A DNA stretch of 64,000 bases from Nostoc sp. (lineage in GTDB: Bacteria; Cyanobacteriota; Cyanobacteriia; Cyanobacteriales; Nostocaceae), in assembly GCA_036918135.1 (NCBI GenBank), contig JBALDB010000032.1, forward strand, positions 32,001 through 96,000, written 5' to 3'. Of this stretch, positions 10,931 through 20,932 are shown piece after piece. The translations under genes were made by a program, and so were the position numbers. Position 1 is the stretch's first letter. The number at the start of each line of letters is the position of its first letter. The notes below the pieces were generated by a model. The model saw nothing but the letters and a program-made list of their open reading frames with translations, was not told the origin of the DNA and made no database searches.

Positions 10931-11008
10931 ACTAATAACAAGATACCCACCCCACAAGATTGATATAACTAAATAATCTAAATTTTTGTAATTATCAGGT
11001 AAATCACA

Positions 11009-11977
11009 ATGATTAGCGGGATTTTTGAAAATTGTGTTGGTTCAAAGGATATTGAAGCTACTCTGAAATATTGGAATGAGTTCGGCTATCGAGAGGTCAA
11101 GAGGGGAGAATTTTCTACAGAATACGCAAAATTACTCTACGGTCATGGCTCAGATTTAACATCACTGCGACTGCAAAATGGTAACTCATCAGAACATGGA
11201 CTGGTGCGAGTAATGTGGTGGGAACAACCGCGCAATGAAGGACTAGGTGATACCTTGCCAGTGGTGGAGGGTAGTCGGTGGTTTGCTTCTTTGACTCAAG
11301 ATATTTATGCGATCGCAGATGCCTTTGCCGACGACAAAGCCAATGGCGGAGACTGGATTTATACCGAACCAGTCCGTGGCATCGAATTTGTTGGCAATGT
11401 GGGGACGGGATTATATAACCGCTTTGTCGGTGTCCGGGAAATGTTTGTTATTGGTAAAGAGACACGACAGGCGTTTTTCCAGCGATATAACTATGACCGC
11501 CCTGGTTATGGCACTATTAATCCGAGTTCTGGGCTATTACTGAGCGAGGGCACTCACTCTAGTTTCATCACTTCTGACCACAGCCTCACCTCTTTTTATG
11601 CAGAGGTTTTTGGACTTGTGCCATCAGAGAATAACCCCAAGCTGTCTGGCTATAAAAATCCCTCGACTCGGCAGATTATGATGCTGGATGAAGGGCAAGA
11701 ATTTTATCTTTCGGTTTTCGCTTCACCAAAGACCAATGTTGGAGTTTTTCAAGTTTATAGCCCACTTTATCCTACAAGCGATCGCCGCGAATACGCTCAA
11801 CCAGGTTCATTGGGAATAAGCCTTTTCACTTATCAAGTTGAGGATATTGAAGCTTTTCAGCAACGCGTCATTGCCAGCAACGCTACTAATGTCACACCGA
11901 TTGTTCCTAACGAATTTGGCGAACCTTCTTTTGGATTAGTTGCACCAGATGGAATGTACTGGGTAATTGTTGGTTAG
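11009..11977 (+). CDS. VOC (glyoxalase-like) superfamily protein, two-domain
   Basis: Repeated VOC-like modules; C-terminal APDG motif. Confidence 0.6.
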   Translation: MISGIFENCVGSKDIEATLKYWNEFGYREVKRGEFSTEYAKLLYGHGSDLTSLRLQNGNSSEHGLVRVMWWEQPRNEGLGDTLPVVEGSRWFASLTQDIYAIADAFADDKANGGDWIYTEPVRGIEFVGNVGTGLYNRFVGVREMFVIGKETRQAFFQRYNYDRPGYGTINPSSGLLLSEGTHSSFITSDHSLTSFYAEVFGLVPSENNPKLSGYKNPSTRQIMMLDEGQEFYLSVFASPKTNVGVFQVYSPLYPTSDRREYAQPGSLGISLFTYQVEDIEAFQQRVIASNATNVTPIVPNEFGEPSFGLVAPDGMYWVIVG

Positions 11978-12125
11978 TCAAGGCTTTTCGTTGGGGAATA
12001 TGGTGAGACAAGTAGACAAGGGGACAAAAAATAACTTTTAACTCCTCACTCAACAGTTAACAGTCATTAGTCATCAATCAACACTTATTAACCAGCACTC
12101 CATATTTGCCCCATATCCGCATACA

Positions 12126-12527
12126 TTAAACTTCTCTACCGCCTGTATGCGAAGAAGTTAACGTCAATAGATAGCCGTCTGGCCCAGTCAAGGTAAATGA
12201 ACTGTGGATTCTACCTGGTTCGATTTCAGAAACAGTCAGTCCCCACTCTCTAAAAGTATCTCTAGTGGCAAAAACATCATCTACCATCAAATCAAAAGGT
12301 GCCTTGGTTCCAGAAGTAATGGCCTCTGGTGTTGTTCTCAAAACTAAATGCGTTCCTCCCCGTAATTCTAAAACAGCTACTTGTTCTGATTGAGTAATTT
12401 GCCGTAGCCCTATTTTGACGAAAAATTCACTAGCCTCTCGTACATTACTCACATACAATCTCACGTGACCAATCGCCACAGGAGGACGACTAGCTTTTTC
12501 TTTTGCAATAGTTTCCGATAGTGACAT
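12126..12527 (-). CDS. VOC/glyoxalase family protein
   Basis: IGHVRL.V and F.L.GPDGY motifs. Confidence 0.75.
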   Translation of the reverse strand: MSLSETIAKEKASRPPVAIGHVRLYVSNVREASEFFVKIGLRQITQSEQVAVLELRGGTHLVLRTTPEAITSGTKAPFDLMVDDVFATRDTFREWGLTVSEIEPGRIHSSFTLTGPDGYLLTLTSSHTGGREV

Positions 12528-12569
12528 AACTTCAATCCAAAAATATTTAGATTAGTGTTCAACGTTGAC

Positions 12570-13343
12570 TTAATTAAGTTTCCCATCTTCTAAATCAGCT
12601 TTGCCAAATTCAGCAGTTTTGGGTAAATTCATCTCAACATTTGATATAGTATCAACTTCTATTTTAGCATTTTGAAACTGCCCATCTAAAATATGTCCTC
12701 CAGTTTTTCGATTTGCAGTTATAAAATGAAAATGGTAGCCGTTAACATTTATCCCTTGCATATATTTTGGTGTACGAAAACCTACTATAATACCATTGAC
12801 ATTCCTTAACTCAAAAACTGATTGTTTTTTTAGTACCTCTACCAAAGGAAGATAGGGTGGGGTTTGTTTGGGAACAGTTCTAAATTTGAGATAAGGAAAA
12901 TTACCTTGAATACGAATCGCATAAGGATAATTTTTTGTTAGTAAGCGTCGATCTAAAGATTCCTGCAATTGCTGATAATTTATTTGTCCTTCAATATTAA
13001 TTAGTTTTTCTGGTTTAAAAAAGGTGACTGCTGCAAAAGGACTTGCCATCGAATCAGGAACGACAGAAGCAACTCCATCTGCTTTGATTTGATAAAATTT
13101 TCCATCTAATCCAATCATTTCTCCATCTAGATAGTTGACTGTCCCTAAACCAAAATCACCATATTTTTTTAATTCCTTAAAATTAGTATTTCCCTCATAA
13201 ATTCCTATTGCCAGAGCGCTAATTGTAGATGTTTGAAATAAGGTATTTAATGATGTGTGTGCCTGAGTTGTTCCCAGCATAATCACACCTAATAATGCAG
13301 TGATGCTTAAAATAGCTATCCAGAAATAACGCTTGATTTTCAT
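12570..13343 (-). CDS. budA: Alpha-acetolactate decarboxylase with N-terminal signal-like segment
   Basis: GDFGLGT, DGEM, GYHFHF and GGH motifs; start inferred at MKIKRY. Confidence 0.85.
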   Translation of the reverse strand: MKIKRYFWIAILSITALLGVIMLGTTQAHTSLNTLFQTSTISALAIGIYEGNTNFKELKKYGDFGLGTVNYLDGEMIGLDGKFYQIKADGVASVVPDSMASPFAAVTFFKPEKLINIEGQINYQQLQESLDRRLLTKNYPYAIRIQGNFPYLKFRTVPKQTPPYLPLVEVLKKQSVFELRNVNGIIVGFRTPKYMQGINVNGYHFHFITANRKTGGHILDGQFQNAKIEVDTISNVEMNLPKTAEFGKADLEDGKLN

Positions 13344-13445
13344 AAGATAAAATAGATAAAGGGTATAGGGCATAAGGCAGGCAGCCACTACGGTCTTAGG
13401 ATCTCACACGAATGGCACTAAGACTCATGTAAAACCTTTGCCTAG

Positions 13446-13552
13446 AGTGGGTGTGGGAGGGGTGAGAAGTGTGGGAGGAAAAGGAGGTGTGGGAGGATGG
13501 GGAAGAAATCTTTCCCCCCTCTCTCCCCACACTCCCCACACTCCCCACACCC
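13446..13552. repeat. Nonamer-based inverted repeat element (GTGTGGGAG.../(TCCCCACAC)n)
   Basis: Shares the core gatggggaagaaatctttcccc with the element at 51670-51818. Confidence 0.8.
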
Positions 13553-14126
13553 AAAAGCCTTGTAAACAATAGATTTGCTGTTATCGTTAGTGCCATTGGG
13601 ATCTCACACCACTTCCTACAGCAGGGGAACCATCAAGGGCAAAGTAGATCTCCCTTCGGGTGACGCTCTCTACGAGACGCTCTTGCTAGCTTGCTTCTCT
13701 GTAAGAGTACGCAAGCTCGCTAACGCTGCGCTGACAGAAGTTTCAACTCGACGGGAGTCACCAAGACTTGAACTTCCTCACCAAGTAGAGAAAGTGGCGT
13801 CATTGGGCATTGGTTATTCCCCGCGTCTTTCAATCTCCCCATCACCCTTATGCCGTCGTCTTGCGATAATTGTCGTTCCTCGCACTGCTAATTCACAGTT
13901 ATAACGAGGCACTTCCACGTTAGATAGCGACGTAGGAGCGTCTGATTCGGCGAATTGCTACTCTATGACCGTGACCAGTTGAACTGTATGTAGACAGGGT
14001 AATTAATTAACACCAACTAAGCTTACAGCACGGCAACAGATGCAGGTATTGATAATCCAAATCTTTTCGCCAAATGCTTGATTCTTATAATTTTCTATGA
14101 TATTTTTCTTTCTACAACCCTAAAAA

Positions 14127-14152
14127 TACGGTAACTTTATCTATTTACCGTA
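14127..14152. promoter_or_regulatory. Candidate operator TACGGTAA-N10-TTACCGTA
   Basis: Perfect 8-bp inverted repeat about 135 bp upstream of the oxidoreductase-SDR-tauD unit. Confidence 0.55.
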
Positions 14153-14287
14153 GTTAAAAGATATGATTAACCTAGTTGTAGAAATTTAAAGTAAAGAAAG
14201 AATAGGTAACTTATGAAGTTGATCTATTGCAGGCACTAAATTGCCAAACAACGATCTAGAAATTAATCTCTAAGCCAGGGTAACCTT

Positions 14288-15235
14288 ATGAGCAAAATAC
14301 GTGCTGTGATTGTTGACCCTAATGTGCCAGGGCGTTTGGCACTGAATGAAGTGACTGCACCACAGCCTGCTTCAGATGAAGCTTTAGTACGGGTAGCGGC
14401 GATTTCCTTAAATCGGGGAGAGGTGAAACGTTCAACCACTGCTGAGGCTGGTTGGCAGCCTGGTTGGGACTTGGCTGGTGTAATAGAAACTCCTGCCATT
14501 GATGGGTCGGGGCCTGCCCAAGGAGCGCGTGTAGTTGGCTTACGTCGTAGCGGTGCTTGGGCAGAACTTGTGTCTGTTCCTAGCAACGCTCTAGCAGAAT
14601 TACCGCCATCAGTATCCTTTGCTAAAGCTGCCACGTTGCCTGTAGCCGGTTTAACTGCGTACCATGCCTTGCTAAAAGGCGGCTCACTTTTAGGTAGACC
14701 CGTTCTAGTGACGGGTGCATCAGGAGGTGTTGGTTACTTTGCGATTCAATTGGCACGACTCTCAGGGGCGCAAGTCGTGGCACACATTCGCCAAGCTGGG
14801 TATGAGACTTTAGTTAGAGAAGCAGGGGCGCAATCAGTGGTGATTGGCGAAGACCCGTCAGCTGCAAAGGAATATGGGCCTTATCATCTAATTGTAGAGT
14901 CAGTGGGTGGCAAAACTTTGGGTATAGCTCTTAGTTTACTGGCTCAGGATGGAAAAACTGTGCTGTATGGAGTATCTGGGGGAGCTGAAGTGACATTCGA
15001 TGCTGCTCAATTTTTCGGGACTGGTAGCGTCAGCTTGTATGGTTTACGTCTGTTCGATGAACTGAGATTTGAATCAGCAGCAATCAGTTTAAAACGGCTT
15101 TTGAGTTTAGTAGAAGCAGGTCATTTGCGTCCTCACATTGATTTAGAAGCTTCTTGGACAGAAATAGCTGATGTAGCCCAAAAACTACTCGACAGGAGTT
15201 TTCCTGGCAAGGCTGTATTGCACATTTTCAATTGA
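14288..15235 (+). CDS. Zinc-binding dehydrogenase / MDR oxidoreductase
   Basis: SLNRGE, PVAGLTA and VTGASGGVG motifs. Confidence 0.85.
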   Translation: MSKIRAVIVDPNVPGRLALNEVTAPQPASDEALVRVAAISLNRGEVKRSTTAEAGWQPGWDLAGVIETPAIDGSGPAQGARVVGLRRSGAWAELVSVPSNALAELPPSVSFAKAATLPVAGLTAYHALLKGGSLLGRPVLVTGASGGVGYFAIQLARLSGAQVVAHIRQAGYETLVREAGAQSVVIGEDPSAAKEYGPYHLIVESVGGKTLGIALSLLAQDGKTVLYGVSGGAEVTFDAAQFFGTGSVSLYGLRLFDELRFESAAISLKRLLSLVEAGHLRPHIDLEASWTEIADVAQKLLDRSFPGKAVLHIFN

Positions 15236-15329
15236 GTATTAGCAAATTCGTAAATCGTAATTAATTCTCTTTTTATACACCTAAATTCATTGTTTAGAGC
15301 CGCCTAACTTCAGGTGTTGGGTAATAATT

Positions 15330-15728
15330 ATGAATTACGAATTAGCAATTGCGAATGACGCTGACTTCTGGTTGAAACTAGACCAACTTGTAGCTGCTAG
15401 TAACCTGAAGATAGATCGTCCAAAAGGGACATCACATCCACGTTATCCATCCTTTATTTATCCACTGGATTATGGATATTTGGAAGATACCTGAGCAGGA
15501 GATCGAGCTAATATAGATGTCTGGACAGGAAGCTTGTTTAGTAGAACAATCACCGCCCTCATTTGTAGTGTTGACTTGGAAAAACGGGATACAGAAATCA
15601 AGATACTTCTAGGCTGTACATCCCAGGAAAGCCGAATCATCTTAAATATCCACAATATAGGTTCTCAATCAGCAATATTATTGGTTCGCGCTAAGGTCGA
15701 TGCAATTGGGGAGATAGCTGGCTTGTGA
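15330..15728 (+). pseudogene. Inorganic pyrophosphatase-family gene with in-frame TGA at 15492-15494
   Basis: Hand translation ...IDRPKGTSHPRYPSFIYPLDYGYLEDT*AGDRANIDVW... continues in frame into ORF 15534..15728. Confidence 0.75.
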
Positions 15729-15759
15729 AAAAGAAATTACATTTTGAGTGTAACTTTGT

Positions 15760-16560
15760 ATGAGCTTAGAACTAAAACTATCTGGTAAAACAGCGATTGT
15801 TACAGGAGGAAGTGCAGGAATTGGCTTAGCGATCGCCAAAGCCCTCTATAGTGAAGGTGTGAATGTGGCGATCGCAGCTCGTAATTCAGAACGACTAGAA
15901 AATGCTGTCAGTGCAATTCAGTCCTTACCGACTCTAGGGGCGAAAGTCATCTCTATCAATGCTGATTTGACTCAAGCTGAGGATGTTGAGAAAGTTGTCT
16001 CAACAACTCTGACACAGTTTGGTCAGATTGATATTTTGATTAATAATGCCGGTTCAGCGCGTGCAGGCTCGTTCCTCGAACTGGGCGATGATGTATTGTT
16101 GGATGCTTGGAACTTAAAACTATTGGGCTACATTCGCTTGGTAAGAGCCGTTGTACCCCATCAAAAAAATCGAGGTGATGGACGCATTGTCAATATCATT
16201 GGTGGTGCAGGACGTACACCTCGTCCTGGCTTCGTTGCTGGTGGTACGACCAATGCCGCGCTACTCAACTTTACTAGAGGAATTTCTAAAGAGTTAGCCG
16301 AATACAATATCCGGATTAATGCCATTTCACCTGGTGCTACCGCTACAGAACGAGCCGAACGCTTGGCACAACAGAATGCCCAAGCGCGTGGCATCACACT
16401 AGAACAGGCAAAAGCAGAAACTATTCAAAGCATTCCTTTAAAAAGAATTGCTCAGCCAGAGGAAATTGCATCCTTGGCTCTATTTTTAGTTTCTGACCTT
16501 GCCGCTTCGATTACAGGAGCAGAAATTCTTGTTGATGGTGGGTCTACCCCTGGTGTTTAA
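15760..16560 (+). CDS. Short-chain dehydrogenase/reductase
   Basis: TGGSAGIG, NNAG and INAISPG motifs. Confidence 0.9.
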   Translation: MSLELKLSGKTAIVTGGSAGIGLAIAKALYSEGVNVAIAARNSERLENAVSAIQSLPTLGAKVISINADLTQAEDVEKVVSTTLTQFGQIDILINNAGSARAGSFLELGDDVLLDAWNLKLLGYIRLVRAVVPHQKNRGDGRIVNIIGGAGRTPRPGFVAGGTTNAALLNFTRGISKELAEYNIRINAISPGATATERAERLAQQNAQARGITLEQAKAETIQSIPLKRIAQPEEIASLALFLVSDLAASITGAEILVDGGSTPGV

Positions 16561-16696
16561 CGCATAGAGGTAGGTGGGGAGATGGGGAAATAGAGAGGTG
16601 GGGGAGAAAGTAATTCTTCTTTCCCCTTATCTCCCCATCCTCTTACCCCATGCCTAATGCACATTCACTTTAAAATTTTTCAGGAGAAACAAATAC

Positions 16697-17614
16697 ATGA
16701 GTTCCCAATACTTTGACATCAAACCAGTTGCCGGACGCATCGGTGCTGAAATCTTAAATGTTGATTTGAGTACTGACCTCAGCGATGAAATTATCAGTGA
16801 TATCCGCAAAACATTAGTTCAATACAAAGTAATTTTCTTCCGTGGTCAACAGCGACTTGATGCTAACGGACAGGTAGTTTTCGCTCGCCGCTTTGGTGAA
16901 GTCACTACCGCTCACCCCACTGTCCCTTCACTTCCAGACCATCCAGAAGTCTTAGATTTGAATTATGGCAAAACCAGTTCCCGCGCCAATAGTTGGCACA
17001 CAGATGTAACATTTGTAGACCGTCCTCCGCTTGGTTCTATTTTGCGATCGCTTGTGATTCCGTCGGCTGGAGGCGATACAATTTGGGCAAACTCGGTAAC
17101 TGCATATCAAGATTTACCAATTCATCTACGTAATACTGCAAATGAACTCTGGGCAGTACATAGCAACGCCTATGATTATGCAACTGGATTTGACCTTCCC
17201 GAAGATGTGAAAGCTTACCGAGCTGTTTTCACCTCAACGGTATATGAGACGCTTCACCCAGTAGTACGCGTTCATCCTGAATCAGGGGAGCATGGGTTAT
17301 TTATTGGTGGCTTTGTTCGCCAGTTCCGTGGTCTATCAACGACTGAATCAGATGATATTTTACGACTGTTACAAGCTTATGTAACACGTCCGGAAAATAC
17401 GGTTCGTTGGCGTTGGCAAGTTGGTGATGTAGCATTTTGGGACAACCGCGCTACTCAGCATTATGCAGTTGCTGATTACGGCAACCAAGCCCGCCACGTT
17501 CAACGAGTGACAATTGTTGGCGATATTCCAGTTGGTATTGATGGCAAACAAAGTCAAGCCATCAAGGGTGACTCTTCTGCATACAACCGACGTGAGGTAG
17601 TTGCAGCAATTTAA
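16697..17614 (+). CDS. TauD/TfdA family 2-oxoglutarate dioxygenase (alkylsulfatase/taurine type)
   Basis: WHTD, GGDT.WA, HPVVRVHPESG and WDNRATQH motifs. Confidence 0.9.
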   Translation: MSSQYFDIKPVAGRIGAEILNVDLSTDLSDEIISDIRKTLVQYKVIFFRGQQRLDANGQVVFARRFGEVTTAHPTVPSLPDHPEVLDLNYGKTSSRANSWHTDVTFVDRPPLGSILRSLVIPSAGGDTIWANSVTAYQDLPIHLRNTANELWAVHSNAYDYATGFDLPEDVKAYRAVFTSTVYETLHPVVRVHPESGEHGLFIGGFVRQFRGLSTTESDDILRLLQAYVTRPENTVRWRWQVGDVAFWDNRATQHYAVADYGNQARHVQRVTIVGDIPVGIDGKQSQAIKGDSSAYNRREVVAAI

Positions 17615-17655
17615 AAGTTAGAAGCTATAAACATTTTATGAAATACTTGATAGAG

Positions 17656-17827
17656 ATAAGTAGCTCAACCTAATTGAATGTGAAATGTAATTACGAGTAA
17701 AACGCACTCAAGCGTACCACTTCCCTGCGGGACGCTACGCGAACGTAGAAGCAAGCTACGCACAGCGTCTCGTAGAGAAGTAATCGCCAAGATTCTATCT
17801 TACGTTTTTCAATGTTGACCTACTTAT
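17656..17827. mobile_element. MITE-like element with nested short dispersed repeats
   Basis: Terminal inverted repeats ataagtagctcaac / gttgacctacttat. Confidence 0.55.
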
Positions 17828-18076
17828 TAAGTAGGGGCGTATAGCTTACGTCCCTACAGATGATATCATGTTCGGCTAATCAGTTGTGATATGTCCGAAG
17901 CGAGTGCAACAAAGTGGAACCAAACAATTACATGGTGTGTGCGATTACTTCACTCGGTTTGCAATGACAAGTATTCACCCAAATATAATATGATTCATAT
18001 GTTGCAAAGATTTTTGTCAATGCTATTAGAGCAGAAACTTTCTTGCAAATTTAGTATTTAGCCAATATTTCAATAA

Positions 18077-18541
18077 TTACCATTGTGAAAAAGGGTGTTT
18101 TACTAAATTGCTGTTGAAATATCTGGAATCATGAGAAACTTCTTGTCCAATCCAGATTGGTAGTTCGATTTGTTGATTTTCATCGCTGAGTTCAACTTCT
18201 GCTAAAATCAGTCCTTTATTAACACCTTCAAACTCATCTATTTCCCAAATCAAACCACCCCACTCTATCTTATATCTGATTTTTTCAATAAATGGACGTT
18301 CGCACAATGTTTCAAGCATTTGTTGAGCATCTTTAATAGGAATAGGATACTCAAACTCTAATCTTGAATATTGAATAGTAGGGCCTTTAATTGTCAAATA
18401 ACCTTTTTCTCCTACTATACGCACACGTACAGTTGCTTTATCTTGTGTAGGAATGTATCCCTGACGATAGACATTACCTTCAGCTAATCCTCTCCAACTA
18501 TCTCCAATCGCTAAATATTTACGCTCTATTTCTTTCGCCAT
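18077..18541 (-). CDS. CYTH domain protein (adenylate cyclase/triphosphatase-like)
   Basis: EIERKY, VRVR, IEK.RY and AEVEL motifs. Confidence 0.9.
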   Translation of the reverse strand: MAKEIERKYLAIGDSWRGLAEGNVYRQGYIPTQDKATVRVRIVGEKGYLTIKGPTIQYSRLEFEYPIPIKDAQQMLETLCERPFIEKIRYKIEWGGLIWEIDEFEGVNKGLILAEVELSDENQQIELPIWIGQEVSHDSRYFNSNLVKHPFSQW

Positions 18542-18570
18542 CTTACTAAATCCCTAATCCCCAGTCGCTT

Positions 18571-18795
18571 TTACTTCCAAACTTCGGTTAAATCAAAGAG
18601 AAACCCAGGCAAAACATTTTACCCTGACAAAGTTACAGAATTATCCTATACTTATACGCCTGGAGAAAGTATATAAAGTTTTACTTTTTTTTGGTCATTT
18701 AACCAACCTAAACAAGCTTCATTCTCCAATTACTATCTCATTTTGGCTTGAGTAACTCCAGGTTGTCATTTTTAGAATGCAATTTTAACACAAAA
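18571..18795 (-). pseudogene. Decayed Uma2-family endonuclease
   Basis: Minus-strand fragments QAKMR**LENEACLGWL and LSG*NVLPGFLFDLTEVW match Uma2 C-terminal motifs, with stops and indels. Confidence 0.65.
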
Positions 18796-19252
18796 TTATA
18801 TCTGCGGTAACTTCCAAAGTGCAGAATAGTTGGAACCTAGTTTGCCAACCCTGTGCTTTAAGTGTTGGTAACGTACCGTAGCAATCTGGCGAAAGCTATT
18901 CACTTATTTGGCGATCGCAGCAGTCTCAAAGTCGGTAAAGCCGATTTACTCGCTGTTGATAATGATATATTGCTATACCTAATTCAACCATCTGTCAAGG
19001 TCGTCGAATTACTTAAATAAAATCACGAGTCAGAATTCAGCAATGCTTGAAGTGGCGCATTAGAACTCTTCACAAATTTTGCAGAGGAAATAGGGAACAC
19101 GAAACACAAAACTCTTAACAAGAAAGAAGATATGTAGAGAAGTAAGTCGCTTTTGCAAATATTAAAGTCAAGTCTTATATCAGTTATAATTTAACAATCA
19201 ATATTATATTATTAAATGATAACTTATCACTGATTAAAACTTTAATAAATAT

Positions 19253-19936
19253 TTATTCAATAAGCACTAAGTTTTCTGCTTTTACTTGTTCTTTTGCTAA
19301 AGCTAATGCTTGATAAGCATTTTTAAACCTTGTCTCATCTGTAAATTTATGACCAAAACGCTTTAAATAAGCTTCCAGATACCTAATACGTAAGTGTGGA
19401 TCGCTCGGACTTTGCATAAAGGGGAGATCTGCTTCAACCATAAACCGAATAGCTAACAAGGGAATAGGGCTACGAAGTGGACGGAAGTTCGGGTTATGCA
19501 AACCAGAACTTTCATTACGTTTATGAAATTCTCCGAGCATTAATCCTGATTCGACAAACAAAGGTTTAAGTTTTTGTTGAACGCTATCTATTAATTCAGG
19601 AGCTTCGTCTACATGAATGTCAGGAAATATTAGCAGAAAAGCTCTACTGATTGTTAATTCTTGCTCTTTGACTTCCATATTAAGGAAGATATCTCGGTAA
19701 TGTCTAACAATATTTTCTACTTGTTCTGGATACAAGTCTTTTGTATGAATAACTGCTAGACGAATGCTATTTGATTTAAGAGAGTGAGGTACAAAAGGGC
19801 AAACCACACCAGGTCTTCCTAGATGAGGATGAGGTCTTCCTAAAAAATTTTTGACCCACTCCAAAATTTGAATGAAGTAGGGAAGGTCTTCGCCTTCCTG
19901 AAGTTGTCCAATTTCAACAGGTGTATATAGTTGCAT
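19253..19936 (-). CDS. Conserved hypothetical protein (DUF6875-like)
   Basis: HPHLGRPG.VCPFVP and GLMLGEFH..GLHNPNFRPLRSP motifs; family name recalled, not searched. Confidence 0.6.
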   Translation of the reverse strand: MQLYTPVEIGQLQEGEDLPYFIQILEWVKNFLGRPHPHLGRPGVVCPFVPHSLKSNSIRLAVIHTKDLYPEQVENIVRHYRDIFLNMEVKEQELTISRAFLLIFPDIHVDEAPELIDSVQQKLKPLFVESGLMLGEFHKRNESSGLHNPNFRPLRSPIPLLAIRFMVEADLPFMQSPSDPHLRIRYLEAYLKRFGHKFTDETRFKNAYQALALAKEQVKAENLVLIE

Positions 19937-20425
19937 TAGCTTAAGTTAAGAGTAGTAATTGTTCAATTGTTAATTCAAAATTATTTGAACGATGCTATTT
20001 AATGCCTAAAATTATTTTTTATCTAAAAAATTAGCCTTAATTATGTTGTATTTATGGCTGATTTATCTTTTTAAAAATATAAAAACTTTTTAATATTTTG
20101 TATACTTCTATTACTTGAAAGCAGCACAAATAACACAAAATATATTCAAAATATATTTCAGGCTTAAAGAATTTATTTCTTTTTTATGAGCATCATTTGT
20201 AGTCTTGTAGTTGAGATATCTATTTTTTAACCTTGTCCTCCTGCTTTTTTAGTATTTATATATCTCATAATATTTTTAACAAAAGTATTATAAAGTTAAA
20301 ATATTACTACGTAGTTTTATTGTAAAAATTTAGTATAGATTTTCAATTACTGATAGTATGTAATATCAAGTTAATATGAAGCTAAATAGAATAGAGAGAA
20401 GCAAACTTGATAACTATCAATTCCT

Positions 20426-20890
20426 ATGAGCCATCCGTTTAAGATTGAAATTGCAGAGAGCGAAGAGGAACTAAAAAAATGTCTGCAAATAGCCTACTTG
20501 GGAAGCCAGAAAGAAAAACTTATTATGTTGTAATGGCTCAAAAGTGGACAGGTAAAGGAACAGCAGGAAATAGGTAAACGCTTGGCTAGAGATACTTCAA
20601 CAGTAACTAGATGATTACAGAAATATAAATCAGGTGGGTTATCTGGCTTATTAGAAATAAAGAAAGCACTCTTGTGCAATACGGAAGATAGATGATGCAG
20701 CGCTCGCTGTACTACAACAAGAGTTGAAAACAGGGAAAGGGTTTGCCAGTTATGGTGTAATATTTGAATAGTGAAATAAGAACATGGGTAAGATATCGAA
20801 TATGCAACAGTTTATACGTTGGTTCGATATCAATACTTGGGCAAAACTAAAAGTACCACGTCCTCAAAGCTATAAGCGGAATGAAAAATA
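20426..20890 (+). mobile_element. IS630-family transposase remnant (HTH part, multiple stops)
   Basis: Translation MSHPFKIEIAESEEELK...L*WLKSGQ...STVTR*LQKYKSGGLSGLL...AKLKVPRP. Confidence 0.75.
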
Positions 20891-20932
20891 AGGAATAGGA
20901 AAAATATTAATTGTCTATTCCTTATTGCCTAT

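Noticed and set aside
13396..13904. Short ORFs upstream of budA
   Set aside because: Translations of repeat elements with no protein-like features.
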